The notes beneath the pieces are model-generated. The model searched no databases. It saw nothing but the letters and a program-made list of their open reading frames with translations, and had not been told where the DNA came from. Position numbers and translations under genes: made by a program. DNA of 63,102 nucleotides, the filler included, from a bacterium (GTDB lineage: Bacteria > UBP15 > UBA6099 > JAJRTR01): NCBI GenBank assembly GCA_024278215.1. It is 4 parts of 4 records of this genome, joined end to end, with 100 filler letters (N's around TTAATTAATTAA, not from the genome) between each part and the next. Parts side by side here need not be neighbours in the genome. Positions count along the whole stretch, not along the records: positions 31,040 to 54,866 come from JAJRTR010000074.1; positions 54,967 to 59,697 come from JAJRTR010000078.1; positions 59,798 to 63,102 come from JAJRTR010000005.1; 1 more part is not named here. One strand, written 5' to 3'. Of this stretch, positions 49,610 to 60,779 are shown one piece after another (the stretch's first letter is position 1; every line of letters starts with the position of its first letter).

Positions 49610-52069
49610 TCACTGGCTATTGAGTTCAGACACTGCCACCGATGTGTTCACCTCGTCGGTAATGGTTTCATCGGCTCTGCACTCCGGCGTGTAGCTTCCG
49701 GCGGAGCTGTATGTGCAATCCATGCGGATCGTGCCCGATGCGAATTCCTCCCAGGACGAAGCCGAGCCACAGCGCCCCTCGAGTTTTTCGTATGAGCCCG
49801 CAAGGATCGTGCATGTGAGCTGGAAGGCATTGGTTGTATAGCCCGACGACGGGTAAACGGTGGCCTTGACGAGCGGATAGCCATTTGCGCACCTGAAGCC
49901 CAGATATGAGAAGAAAGAGCCGGGCAGCGACTGCACCCTGTGTGTGATACGCAGATATTGAGCGTTGTCGTTGAACGAACCGCCGCGCGCTACGCGGTGC
50001 GTCCCCGTGTCGGGGCCGCGTGGGTCTTCCTGCGAATCCGAAGTATAGGCGTCGTAAATGTCGAATACCCATTCCCATACGTTTCCGGCCATGTCCAGCG
50101 CGCCGTTGCCGCTCGCGCCCGCCGGGTAATAGCCGACCGGTGTCGTGTCGTTGTCGTAGCTATCGCCGCTGTTGGCGTAATTTGCTTCCGGGGCGGTCTC
50201 GTCGATCTGCGCGCCCCACGGATACCTTATGCCGCTCCCGCCGCCTGCCGCGTACTCCCATTCGGCCTCTGTCGGCAGGCGACCGCCCACCCAGTCGCAA
50301 TAGGTCTTCGCCTGGTCCCAGTTCACGTTGACTACCGGGAAATCGTCGTATGTCGTATCGCCGTAATATGTCAGCCGGGTTTCCGATTTCGTTTCCTGCG
50401 GCTCCGTACAGAAACCGGTGTCCACACAACGCTTGTATTCTTTATTTGTAACCTCATACATCTGGATGCTGTATTTCGACACAGTCACCGAATGCGAAGG
50501 TTTCTCGTATTCATTACAGAAGCTGTCCGATGTCGCGCAGCCCATCGAGAACCCGCCGCCGCCGATGTCGATCCATTTGTTGAGGTCGACATTCGTACAG
50601 GTTGACCGGGTGGTGCCGGGATAAACGCACGTGTCGACCGTGCTCGTGGCGCTGTCGTCGCAGTCGCTGTCCTGCTCGCAGGCGATAGCGCAGTTGCCGA
50701 TGCAGAGTGTGAGGTCCGTGCTGCCGGTGAGCGAGTCACGGCACGAGTCGATTGTCGCTGTTGCCGAATACTGACCGTTCAGGTAGCCCCGCACCTGCCA
50801 TGCCGAGTATTCGGGCGCACTGTTGAACTGAGCGTAGCCGTCGTATGTGACCATACCGGCATACTTCCAGCCGCTGCCCGTCTCCGCCTCGACATACGCT
50901 CCGATGACCGGGTTGTTGTTCTCGTCCACAAAGTAGATTGTCGGCTTGCCGAATTCGCAGCTTCCCACTTTCCAGTCGAGATTGAATGTAGTCAGATGCG
51001 TGGTAGTGAAATACGTGTAGAAACCGTCCGCGTCCTGCCCGACCTCCGCGAGCATGGGCGACGAACCTTCGGTTTCCACGACCCATGCGCCGGTATCTTC
51101 GTCGTAAGTGAAAACAGGAATCATGTCGCCGGCGGCAAGCGGCAGGCCGGTCTCCGGATTCGTTATACCGTCCGGGATCCGCATCTTTACAAGCGCTGTC
51201 GCACCCTCCGCGAACCCTGTCACATCCGTTCCGTCCGCGCGCGTGAGCGAGATGGTTATGAAGCCCGCCGTTATGAGCGTGCCCTCTCCTGAAAGACCGT
51301 TGCCGGTGTCGCTCGATGTTGTGAACTCGCCGGGAAAAAGCGCGAGGTCCGCCGCGCTCGTCGGGTCGCCGTATACGATCTCTCCGGTTATCGTTCCTGT
51401 AGCGCCGAGCACTTCCGCGGCGGAGAGGCTGCCCGTTTCGCCAAGTGTAAACTCGACATCCGCCGCCCCGCCGCCGCTCGCAGGTGTGCTGAATGTCACT
51501 ACCTGGACATCTTCCGTTATGTTCACCGCGCAGCGGGCTACCGTCAGCCCCGAACCCTGCTCCGTGACAGGTTCCGCCGTTGCTTCCGCCGTCGATCCGT
51601 CTGCATATTCAATGCGCGCCTGTGTCGCGCCCGCGCTTGTGGACGGTTTCCTTTTCATTACCAGCTCGGCGGAATGTGTGTTGTTGTCGAGTGTCCTCTC
51701 GAAAACCCGCACAGTGTGAAAAGCTGTGTAATAGCCGCCCCTGCTCAGTTCGATAACAACAGGTGTTCCCGTTTGCGCCGGAGTGCCCTGCACGGCGATA
51801 GTGAAGCTGCCGTCTGCGCCGGTTTTCAGGATGGATTGCCCGCCGTTCACACCGACCTCGACGTCCGAAACGGCGTTGCCGTCAGTGTCTTTCACTATTC
51901 CGGCAACGATGTATGATGTCCTGACTGAAGCAACCGGCGAAGTCGAAGAACCGCCGCCGCACCCGGCAATGATTGCAACTATTGATAAAAACATAATGAC
52001 CGCCGCAGTTACACGCGCTCGTGTCATACAGGCACACTCCGAATCTATTGTGTATCTTTTTGCGTCCAT
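49610..52069 (-). CDS. Multidomain lipoprotein with C-terminal FGE-sulfatase (SUMF1-like) domain
   Basis: IIAGC lipobox; EVTN, RLPTEAEWEYAA, DMAGNVWEW, RGGSF, GFRCA. Confidence 0.85.
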   Translation of the reverse strand: MDAKRYTIDSECACMTRARVTAAVIMFLSIVAIIAGCGGGSSTSPVASVRTSYIVAGIVKDTDGNAVSDVEVGVNGGQSILKTGADGSFTIAVQGTPAQTGTPVVIELSRGGYYTAFHTVRVFERTLDNNTHSAELVMKRKPSTSAGATQARIEYADGSTAEATAEPVTEQGSGLTVARCAVNITEDVQVVTFSTPASGGGAADVEFTLGETGSLSAAEVLGATGTITGEIVYGDPTSAADLALFPGEFTTSSDTGNGLSGEGTLITAGFITISLTRADGTDVTGFAEGATALVKMRIPDGITNPETGLPLAAGDMIPVFTYDEDTGAWVVETEGSSPMLAEVGQDADGFYTYFTTTHLTTFNLDWKVGSCEFGKPTIYFVDENNNPVIGAYVEAETGSGWKYAGMVTYDGYAQFNSAPEYSAWQVRGYLNGQYSATATIDSCRDSLTGSTDLTLCIGNCAIACEQDSDCDDSATSTVDTCVYPGTTRSTCTNVDLNKWIDIGGGGFSMGCATSDSFCNEYEKPSHSVTVSKYSIQMYEVTNKEYKRCVDTGFCTEPQETKSETRLTYYGDTTYDDFPVVNVNWDQAKTYCDWVGGRLPTEAEWEYAAGGGSGIRYPWGAQIDETAPEANYANSGDSYDNDTTPVGYYPAGASGNGALDMAGNVWEWVFDIYDAYTSDSQEDPRGPDTGTHRVARGGSFNDNAQYLRITHRVQSLPGSFFSYLGFRCANGYPLVKATVYPSSGYTTNAFQLTCTILAGSYEKLEGRCGSASSWEEFASGTIRMDCTYSSAGSYTPECRADETITDEVNTSVAVSELNSQ

Positions 52070-52341
52070 AATGAAAAAAAGCCGTTTCAGATTTTATTTT
52101 TATTTCTGTAATTAAGGTGTGTCTTGCAGATAAAATAATAACACAGTAATATTTGTGAGGCAATGAAACGGGAATACGCAAGCATCTGTTCGTCTTAAAA
52201 ACAGGCGAGGGAACACCTTAGCTGTACCGTGCTCATGTGCGGTACAGCAAGGTTTAGGAACGAGAAATCATGTATCGCTGAAAGGCTTATCCCGCCTATC
52301 TCGCCAATGCGGGCTGTAAACTTGAACCGTGGAGGAATATT

Positions 52342-52629
52342 ATGCTTTTTCATGCTGTGTTGTTCAACTTTAAAAAGGAACTCGGAGAGGACAGGAAAGA
52401 AGAGATACTCGGGCTCGCCCGCAAACTTTCGGAGATTCCCGGTGTGCGGAACCTGCTGGCCGGGAGAACGATAAACGAGGGTGGGAAGTTCGAATATGGC
52501 CTGACGATGTACTTCGAGGACGAGGAAGCGCTCCGGGAATATCGCGAGCATCCCGACCATGTCCGGTTCCGGGACGTGGATTTTTTCCCATTTGTGGAGG
52601 ATAAACTGGGACTCGATTACACGGACTGA
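52342..52629 (+). CDS. Dabb family (stress-responsive A/B barrel) protein
   Basis: HAVLFNFK...IPGV...Y.EHPDH...LDY; GGAGG RBS. Confidence 0.85.
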   Translation: MLFHAVLFNFKKELGEDRKEEILGLARKLSEIPGVRNLLAGRTINEGGKFEYGLTMYFEDEEALREYREHPDHVRFRDVDFFPFVEDKLGLDYTD

Positions 52630-53010
52630 GCGGTGCCGCACTATCGCCCCCGTTCCCCCTGATCGAGGTGGTAACGATGAAAGAACTCCGAATTCCTGTC
52701 TGGGTCCGGCCCTGCCCGATAAACAGATATGCTGCACATGATTCAAAAACGTACAAGTTCCGTAATAATTAACAAATCTGGAAAATATGTCGAGATGCGG
52801 GTGTGTTGACAAATTGGGGGGAAGTGTTAAGAATATATGCAGCGGGTAAACACGGTGAATAAGGTAAACCACATAACTACAAAAGGGATCGTTGGAATAA
52901 TTTCGTTCCCTGAACAGGAAATCAATCTATCCAGTGCAATCTTTTATAAATAGATTTATCGGAATGACGGATGCTAGATTATGCATGCAAAACGAAGGAG
53001 GACAAAAAAG

Positions 53011-53904
53011 ATGAGATCGGAAACAGGAAAAATCAAGATGGCGGGTAGGAGTGCGTTATTTCTGGCAATAGCGATATTCACATATACGGCAATCGCAGGA
53101 GCGGCAAGCGTGACGACAATCCTCGCAAAGAAAAAGGGGAAAGTGGAAGTGAAGCTGCCCGGCGGCGACTGGAAAGACGCGCAGGCCGGCATGAAGCTTG
53201 AGGAAGGCGCGGCGCTGAGGACTTCGATCGGCGCGGAGGCTTTCATCAAATGGGGAAACGGGGACGTGATTAAAATATCGTCACTTTCCGAAGTGAAACT
53301 CTCGAAGCTGCAGGAGTCCGGAAAAGTGCGAAACAACGAAGTCTCGTTGCTGAAGGGCCGGACATTTGCAAGAGTCAATAAACTTGAATCGGATAAAAGC
53401 ACATTCACTATCAGGACGCCGACCGCTATAGCCGGAGTGAGGGGCACAGGATTCGACAGCTCGTTCACGCCCGACCAGGGGGCGCAGTTCTCGGTTTTGA
53501 GCGGCTCGATAGAAGTCGAGGCGGAAGGTGTCGTCGTGGAAGTGCAGGAGGGTATGATGAGCCAGGTTAACATCGGCGAACCGCCCATGCCTCCCGAACC
53601 CGCACCGCCCGTCGTCATCGAAACGCTCAGGTCGGACGACACGCAGGCATCCGAAGTCTCCGCAGCGCCGGAATTGCCCGAGACCACAGAGAAAGCCGAA
53701 CCTGAAAAGCCGGAACAGACCGAAGCATCGGAACAGACCGAAGCATCGGAGCAGGATGAAGCAACAGCACAGGATGAAGTCATCGAACGAACGGTCGATA
53801 CGGTCGACGACGATGTCGAGCAGGTTATCCAGAACGACATCGAGCAGACAGGCGTAGAAGAAGGAATGCGCGAAGCCGGAACTCTGATAATCAACATAGA
53901 ATAG
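53011..53904 (+). CDS. Secreted FecR-domain protein with acidic low-complexity tail
   Basis: FTIRTPTAIAGVRGT.F and V..GS.EV; tandem EQTEAS repeats. Confidence 0.8.
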   Translation: MRSETGKIKMAGRSALFLAIAIFTYTAIAGAASVTTILAKKKGKVEVKLPGGDWKDAQAGMKLEEGAALRTSIGAEAFIKWGNGDVIKISSLSEVKLSKLQESGKVRNNEVSLLKGRTFARVNKLESDKSTFTIRTPTAIAGVRGTGFDSSFTPDQGAQFSVLSGSIEVEAEGVVVEVQEGMMSQVNIGEPPMPPEPAPPVVIETLRSDDTQASEVSAAPELPETTEKAEPEKPEQTEASEQTEASEQDEATAQDEVIERTVDTVDDDVEQVIQNDIEQTGVEEGMREAGTLIINIE

Positions 53905-54030
53905 GCATACCGGAACACTGCGATTCACAAATGAATCGCCACGGCGAAAACAATCAAAAGGGAAAAACCGAACTTCGAATATATTGAAAAGAATGAAAAA
54001 GTGAAATTGATTTTTAGGAGGAATGACCGG

Positions 54031-54866
54031 ATGAAAACGTACTACAGACAGTCAGTGATAATGGTGATTGGAATGTTTATGATAATAACAGCCGCCGGAT
54101 GCGGTGGGGGCGGTGGAGCAGGTGCGCCGTCGAGTGCGCGAAACACCGGAAAGATCGTCCTGCACTTCGACTTTCCACAGAGCGCGCAGGCCCGGAGCAC
54201 AGGCCGCGCGGCGGCGGCTGTCCCGGACAACACGACTTCAATCGTTATCACCGTGGAGAGTGACGGCCTGGCCGAACCTGTCAGTGTCACACTTACCCCG
54301 GAAAATGATACGACAACTATAGAAGACATCCCCGCCGGTCGCGTCAAAGTCACCCTTATGGCGTACACTGTATACGACGGCGAGTCCGAAGTCGTCGCAT
54401 CACGGATCGAATATATCGACGTAACAGCGAACCAGACCTCCACGCTCGATACCGTGCTGGGCATATCCATTACCGACGACGGTGTCGTTCCCGCCTCGCT
54501 CTATGTCGACGCCTACGAACGAATCGTCTGGGTCAACAACAGTTCACACGATATTACTATTGATATTCCCGGCACAGACTGCAACATGACACTCAAAGAA
54601 CTCGGTGTTCTTTCCTGCATATTCTCCAGCGCGGGATACTATACATACACGGACGTTATAGCGCCTTCGAGAACAGGATTCCTGAGCATCTCCGAGGCGA
54701 CCGGCACGGTGGCTGCCTATGCCGACGCTTCCGCCGACCGGACTATGGGCGAGGCGCCTATGGACGTCCGGTTCATGGCCTCCGGCTATATCCCCGATTC
54801 CACTTCGGCAACATTCCAGTGGAATTACGGCGACGGAACTTCGAGTTCTCAATATTCACTCGCGAC
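54031..54866 (+). CDS. Lipoprotein with cupredoxin-like and PKD domains, truncated at contig end
   Basis: AAGC lipobox, IVWVN, GEAPMDVRF, WNYGDG. Confidence 0.65.
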
Positions 54867-54966
54867 NNNNNNNNNNNNNNNNNNNNNNNNNNNNNNNNNN
54901 NNNNNNNNNNTTAATTAATTAANNNNNNNNNNNNNNNNNNNNNNNNNNNNNNNNNNNNNNNNNNNN
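54867..54966. other. Artificial contig spacer
   Basis: N run containing TTAATTAATTAA. Confidence 0.98.
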
Positions 54967-56321
54967 ATAGAGCGCAAGGACGGCATCGAAAAACGATTGG
55001 CCGGGCTTCACCTCGAGGAAGGCTCTCTCGTGCTCTACGATCTGACGAGCACTTATTTCGAGGGCCGCGCGTGCCCGCTTGCCGCGCGTGGCTACAGTCG
55101 CGACGGCAAAAAAGGTAAATTGCAGATAGTTTTCGGTCTGCTCTGCAACAGCGAAGGTTGTCCGATAGCGGTCGAGGTCTTCGAGGGCAACACGGCGGAC
55201 CCGGCCACTCTGTCGACGCAGATAAGCAAGGTGCGCGATAGGTTCGGACTCGAGCAGGTCGTGTTTGTAGGCGACCGCGGAATGATCACGCAGGCACGCA
55301 TCGAAAAAGAATTTCGCGGAGTCGACGGTCTCGACTGGATCACAGCGCTACGTGCCCCGCAGATTCGCAACCTCGTGAGTAGCGGCGCTCTGCAACTATC
55401 GCTCTTCGACGAAAAGGACATGGCCGCAATCACATCGCCCGACTTCCCCGGCGAACGCCTCATCGTGTGCCGCAACCCGCTGCTCGCACAGGACAGACAG
55501 CACACGCGCAACGAACTGCTCGAAGCCACCGAACTCGCCCTCGATAAAATAGTTGCCGCCACAAAAAGAAAAACACGCACCCTGCACGGAGCAGACGCCA
55601 TAGGACTGCGCGTCGGCAAAGTCATAGACAAACACAAAATGGGCAAACACTTCATACTCGACATTACAGACGACAGCTTCAGCTACAAGCGTGACAGCGA
55701 AAACATCGACCGCGAAGCCGCCCTCGACGGCATATACATCGTGCGCACAAGCCTCGCCGAGAGTGACATGAGCGACCACGACACAGTACTCGCCTACAAA
55801 AGCCTCTCGCGAGTCGAACGCGCATTTCGCAGCATCAAAACAATCGACCTGCAAGTGCGGTCCATATACCACCGCCTGCCCGACCGTGTGCGGGCGCACA
55901 TATTCATCTGCATGCTTGCCTACTACGTCGAATGGCACATGCGCCGGTCGCTCGCGCCCATCCTGTTCGACGACCACGCCCCCATCGCGCCGGACGAACG
56001 CGCATCAGCAATCGAGCCCGCGCAACCATCGGCCGCCGCCGCCCGCAAAGCCCGCACAAAACGAACAGACGACGACTATGCCGTACAGAGCTTCAGGCAA
56101 GTGCTTACAAATCTTGGCACCATCACCCTCAATCTCGTACAACCGAAAGTAGCTGGCGCCGAAACATTTTACAAAATAGCCCGTCCCACCAGATGTCAGC
56201 AACGAGCACTGGACCTGCTGGACATTCGCCTGCGCGTACCCAGTACGCGCACATAAGAAAATACAAATATCCCGATAAACACTGGCTTTATTGCGTTTTC
56301 ACGTTGGGAAGTTCAGTTTAG
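54967..56321 (+). mobile_element. IS1634-family element, 5'-truncated; transposase ORF ends at 56256
   Basis: LYDLTSTYFEG, GYSRDGK, VGDRGMIT, YKSLSRVERAFRSIK, RVRAHIFICMLAYY; right end position approximate. Confidence 0.88.
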
Positions 56322-56389
56322 CAATGATTGATTTAAGTGTTTTTAATTATAAGTTCAGCTACGATGTGTGTAACTTCTGTACAGAGAGC

Positions 56390-58309
56390 TCATGCTTCCA
56401 TGCCGGTTTTATTGACATTATAACCGCCCAGCGACAGCACCTGCCGCTTGAATTCATCCGTTCTGATAATTTCGAGTATGAGCTGTATTTTCTCATCGTT
56501 GAAAACCGCTTCAGGGATCACCAGGTCGTAACGTTCCATTGTTACGGGAATGAAATCGAGATCGAGCGCCTGTGCCGCCGCGTGTATACCGAGCCCGGCA
56601 TCGGCAGCTCCGGATGCGACTGCCATTGCGATGTTCATGTGTGTGTATTCCTCATTACGATAGCCGGAAATTCCGGTGGGTGCGATGCCGGCTCTGCCGA
56701 GTTCGTAGTCGAGCAGAATGCGTGTGCCTGAGCCTGGCTGCCGGTTGACAAAAACCACATCGCCGCGTTTCAGATCATCTATGCTTTTTATCCCTTTCGG
56801 ATTACCGGCGGCCACCATGAGCCCCTGCCGCCGATGAACAAGCGTGATGAGCCTGACCGGGACCGATGGCAGATAGCGTTTAATATATGAATGGTTATAA
56901 TCGCCGGTTTCAGTGTCCAGGAGATGAGCGCCGGCGAAGTGGGCTGTTTGTTTGCGAAGCGCGATGAGACCGCCGAGGCTGCCGACATTTGTTGATGAAA
57001 CCTTGACTGCGCCGCCGGTTTTTTCCTTGAGCATACTGCCGATCAGGTCGATAGTCAGGTCGTGTGAGCCGATGGCCAGCAGGTTGCAGCCGATCATGTC
57101 GCGTGTGGCGAACAGTTCCGCGTCGACCTGTTCTCCTTCGCTGATACCGCCTGTTTCCTGTGGTATGCGGATGATGCCGTCGGCGCGAACTACAGATGAA
57201 AGCACACCGGCGCCGCCGCCGAGCGGCGTGGCGACAAGTCTGCCGCCGATGTCGCCTATTATCACTCGCACATGTTCTTCGAGCCCGAGTTTCGACGGCA
57301 TTTTCCGGCCGACAGTAACCTTCGCTGTTTCGGCTTTCGGTGTCTGCAAACCCTGCAACGAATAGAGTAGTGGCCTGACAAATTCCCTGAACGCAACGGC
57401 AGCCGACACGGGATATCCGGGTATGCCCGCGACGGGGACGCCGCCGATGTCGGCCATCAGAGCGGGTTTGCCGGGCATGACGGTTACGCCGTGCACGAGC
57501 AGCCGTCCCATGCGTTCGAGCAGGGGAGGTGTGAAGTCTTCAGTGCCGGCGGAAGAACCGGCGATTATCATAATAAGGTCATATTTTTTTTCGAGTGCGT
57601 CGCCGAGTGCGCGTTCGAGGTCGGACTCGACGTCGCACACAGGCGGGTGTATCTCGGCGACCGCGCCGCATTCTTCCGCCATCGACGCCAGCATGCAGCC
57701 GTCGACCTCGAGTATAGCGCCCGCGGGAAGTTGCTCCGGTGCTTCCTCGGGAATCACAATTTCCGTGCCGGTCGGTATTATCAGCACTCGCGGGCTGCGC
57801 ACGACCTCGATCTCATGCACACCGGCGGCAAGGAGCGCGGCCTGGTCGCAGGGGCGAAGTCGCCGCAGCGCCGGCAATATAATCTCGCCCCTGACGATGT
57901 CTTCGCCCGCTCTGCGTACGTTGCGCCATGGATATGCCGCCTCGCGGATTTCCCAGCCGCCGGCTTTTTCTTCCACCATTTCGATCATGACCACAGCGTC
58001 CGCGCCATCGGGGAGCGGGTCGCCGGTATCGATCATCATGCAGTGGCCGCTTTTTTTCAGGGTGACCGGTTTTTCCGGCAACGCACCGAATGTGTCGGAC
58101 GCTTTCACAGCGATACCGTCCATTGCCGATGCGTGATAGGCGGGGACGGAACGAAGCGCAACAGCCGCTTTCGCAGTTACGCGCCCCGCCGCACGTCGCA
58201 CACTTATCGTCTCTGTTCCACTGCTGAGATTCTTAAAGTTGTCCAATATGATATTCTTCGCTTCATCCAGCGGTTTCAGATTACGGTATATTCTCTTTTT
58301 TCTCTCCAT
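56390..58309 (-). CDS. moeA: Molybdopterin molybdotransferase MoeA fused to a C-terminal PBP-like domain
   Basis: SAMDGIAV, TGDPLP, GIPGYPVS, then GSHD, GSLGGL, NRQPGSGTR. Confidence 0.9.
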   Translation of the reverse strand: MERKKRIYRNLKPLDEAKNIILDNFKNLSSGTETISVRRAAGRVTAKAAVALRSVPAYHASAMDGIAVKASDTFGALPEKPVTLKKSGHCMMIDTGDPLPDGADAVVMIEMVEEKAGGWEIREAAYPWRNVRRAGEDIVRGEIILPALRRLRPCDQAALLAAGVHEIEVVRSPRVLIIPTGTEIVIPEEAPEQLPAGAILEVDGCMLASMAEECGAVAEIHPPVCDVESDLERALGDALEKKYDLIMIIAGSSAGTEDFTPPLLERMGRLLVHGVTVMPGKPALMADIGGVPVAGIPGYPVSAAVAFREFVRPLLYSLQGLQTPKAETAKVTVGRKMPSKLGLEEHVRVIIGDIGGRLVATPLGGGAGVLSSVVRADGIIRIPQETGGISEGEQVDAELFATRDMIGCNLLAIGSHDLTIDLIGSMLKEKTGGAVKVSSTNVGSLGGLIALRKQTAHFAGAHLLDTETGDYNHSYIKRYLPSVPVRLITLVHRRQGLMVAAGNPKGIKSIDDLKRGDVVFVNRQPGSGTRILLDYELGRAGIAPTGISGYRNEEYTHMNIAMAVASGAADAGLGIHAAAQALDLDFIPVTMERYDLVIPEAVFNDEKIQLILEIIRTDEFKRQVLSLGGYNVNKTGMEA

Positions 58310-58456
58310 GATGTATCCGTTCACAGGTAACTGTTCGCAATGGTACATCTGAAATTCCTGGAATGCAACGACTGTGTCGTTGCGACTGTGAAGAAGTCGC
58401 ATTTCGCAAAAACTCACGTTTTTGCATTCCAGTATTTTCAGATAGTGCCGTTAAGC

Positions 58457-58486
58457 TAACCCGCATATTTCACCAATGCGGGCTAA
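58457..58486. repeat. REP-like family R copy
   Basis: TAACCCGCATATTTCACCAATGCGGGCTAA. Confidence 0.85.
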
Positions 58487-58589
58487 AAACACGTGTGTTG
58501 TCATTCTGAGCGAAGCGAATATCTCCTGGTGTTTAACGCATTATTTCCAATGCCGCCCCGTGAACGTCCATGATTATGTCCCTTAGAAC

Positions 58590-58681
58590 CAATACCGTTC
58601 AGATAAGGGCAGGGAAACTATAAAAACGCTGATAAGCACTGACGTTATTTGGCCCCATTAGGTCTTCACTGAACGGTATTG
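58590..58681. mobile_element. 92-bp IS4-type MITE with 10-bp TSD
   Basis: TIR CAATACCGTTCAG...CTGAACGGTATTG; CCCTTAGAAC at 58580-58589 and 58682-58691. Confidence 0.88.
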
Positions 58682-58684
58682 CCC

Positions 58685-59697
58685 TTAGAACAGGTAAACA
58701 TCCACAGTTTCGCCGGCCGCCACTCCCTCGGAATGCACAGGCACCACAAAAAAACCGTCGGCACGCACGAGCGTTGTCAACATGCCTGATTTGCCGAACA
58801 CCGGATGCGCCGATACGTTATTCCCATCGCGCGCCAGCCGGACACGCACATATTCCTCGCGCCCGTGCGGCGAATGTGTCGAAACGGCAAGGGTGGCGCT
58901 CACACGCCTGCCCGCCGGTTCGTTCGTGAGTTCTTCTCCTTCAATATATTTAAGAAACGGAAGCAGGAATACCTGCGCGACAACAAGCGCCGACACAGGA
59001 TGGCCCGGTAATCCGAACACCGGTTTGCCGCCTACCTTAGCGAGCATTGTCGGTTTGCCGGGCCTGACGGCTATGCCGTGCGCGAAGATTTCAGCGTCCT
59101 GAAAACCGCTGACTACACTTACCATGTGATCTCGCTCGCCGACCGAGCTGCCACCTGAAATAACTATGACATCCGCCGTGTCGAAAGCCTTCTCGATCAC
59201 CGCGCGCAGGAGTTCGGGCTCGTCCCGGACAATGCCGTATCGAACAGCCACCGCTCCGGCGCTCTCCACAATCGCGCTGATTCCGTGTGTGTTAATGTCC
59301 CTTATCCGGCCCGGTTCGGGTGTTTGAGAAACCGGTACGATCTCATCGCCTGTGGAGATAATCGCTACAGATGGCTGCTTGTATACATTGACTTCCGTGT
59401 ATCCGAGCGCCGCGAGAATACCGGCATCATGTGGACGTATTCGCCTGCCGGAATAAAGGACTTCATCGCCTTCGGCTACATCGTCGGCACGTGCCATCAC
59501 ATTTTCACCGGCTGTAACCGGCCTTGTTATTTCAATCTCGTCATTGGTCAGTTTATTCGTATATTCGACCATCACAACAGAGTCCGAACCGTCCGGGAGA
59601 AACCCGCCGGTGGGTATTTCCGCCACCTGGCCCGTCTCCACCGTCATATCCGGCATCCTGCCCATAAGGATTTTGCCTGCGACATTCAGCAAAGCCG
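58685..59697 (-). CDS. moeA: Molybdopterin molybdotransferase MoeA (gephyrin-like), 5'-truncated
   Basis: IPTGG.LP, STGDEI, SGGSSVG, PGKPT, GLPGHPVS. Confidence 0.92.
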
Positions 59698-59797
59698 NNN
59701 NNNNNNNNNNNNNNNNNNNNNNNNNNNNNNNNNNNNNNNNNTTAATTAATTAANNNNNNNNNNNNNNNNNNNNNNNNNNNNNNNNNNNNNNNNNNNN
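59698..59797. other. Artificial contig spacer
   Basis: N run containing TTAATTAATTAA. Confidence 0.98.
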
Positions 59798-59798
59798 G

Positions 59799-60716
59799 AT
59801 CGTTAACCGGGTCCTGAAAAAATCGCTCGCTGAAGACCCGCAGTTTTTCCACCGCGCCGTCAAAGAATGGAAGGGCGTGTCCGAGGAAACGACAACGGGC
59901 GTGCATCGCCTCTACCAGATGATGGAACGTGGCGAGTTGCTCGTGCCCGCCATAAATGTTAACGACTCCGTCACGAAATCGAAATTCGACAATGTCTACG
60001 GCTGCCGCGAGTCGCTCGTCGATGGGATAAAGAGGGCGACGGATGTAATGATATCGGGCAAGGTGGCGATGGTATGCGGCTACGGCGACGTGGGCAAGGG
60101 CTCCGCCGAATCGCTGCGTGGCCAGAAGGCGCAGGTAATGGTGTCGGAAGTCGATCCGATATGCGCACTTCAGGCGCTGATGGCAGGCTATAAAGTCGTA
60201 ACCGTCGAAGACGCGCTTCCCGTGGCCGATATTTATGTGACGACAACCGGCAACTGCGACGTGATCACCGCCGAGCACATGTCGAAGATGAAGGACCAGG
60301 CGATCGTCTGCAACATCGGCCACTTCGACAACGAGATACAGGTAGACAAAATGAAAGCGTGGCCCGGCGTGAAACACACGAATATCAAACCGCAGGTCGA
60401 CGCCTACACATTCGAAGACGGCCACACGATCTATCTGCTCGCCGAAGGCCGGCTCGTCAACCTCGGCTGCGCCACGGGTCATCCCAGCTTCGTCATGTCC
60501 AACAGTTTCACAAACCAGACTCTCGCGCAGATCGACCTCTGGACCAATGAAAAGAAGGTGGACGTCTACAGGCTGTCCAAGAAACTCGACGAAGAAGTCG
60601 CGCGGCTTCACCTTGCCCGTCTCGGCGCGAAATTGTCGAAACTAACGCAGGCGCAGGCCGACTACATCGGCGTACCGGTCGACGGCCCGTTCAAAGCCGA
60701 CCACTACAGGTATTGA
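59799..60716 (+). CDS. ahcY: Adenosylhomocysteinase, 5'-truncated
   Basis: [43 protein letters not shown]. Confidence 0.97.
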   Translation: MVNRVLKKSLAEDPQFFHRAVKEWKGVSEETTTGVHRLYQMMERGELLVPAINVNDSVTKSKFDNVYGCRESLVDGIKRATDVMISGKVAMVCGYGDVGKGSAESLRGQKAQVMVSEVDPICALQALMAGYKVVTVEDALPVADIYVTTTGNCDVITAEHMSKMKDQAIVCNIGHFDNEIQVDKMKAWPGVKHTNIKPQVDAYTFEDGHTIYLLAEGRLVNLGCATGHPSFVMSNSFTNQTLAQIDLWTNEKKVDVYRLSKKLDEEVARLHLARLGAKLSKLTQAQADYIGVPVDGPFKADHYRY

Positions 60717-60779
60717 TCAACAGCCGAAAGCACTGCGGCATAACATGGTTTCTGATTTCGACCAGCGAGGCGTTGACAG

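Noticed and set aside
49880..50010. FGE/CLec-fold C-terminus as a diversity-generating retroelement target
   Set aside because: No template-repeat copy and no reverse transcriptase gene seen in the window
47634..52069. Sulfatase plus FGE-domain gene as an enzyme/maturase pair
   Set aside because: The FGE domain lacks the catalytic cysteines and the sulfatase lacks the C/S-x-P-x-R motif
53712..53765. 18-bp tandem repeat in the FecR-domain gene
   Set aside because: Ordinary in-frame expansion of a low-complexity linker (EQTEAS)
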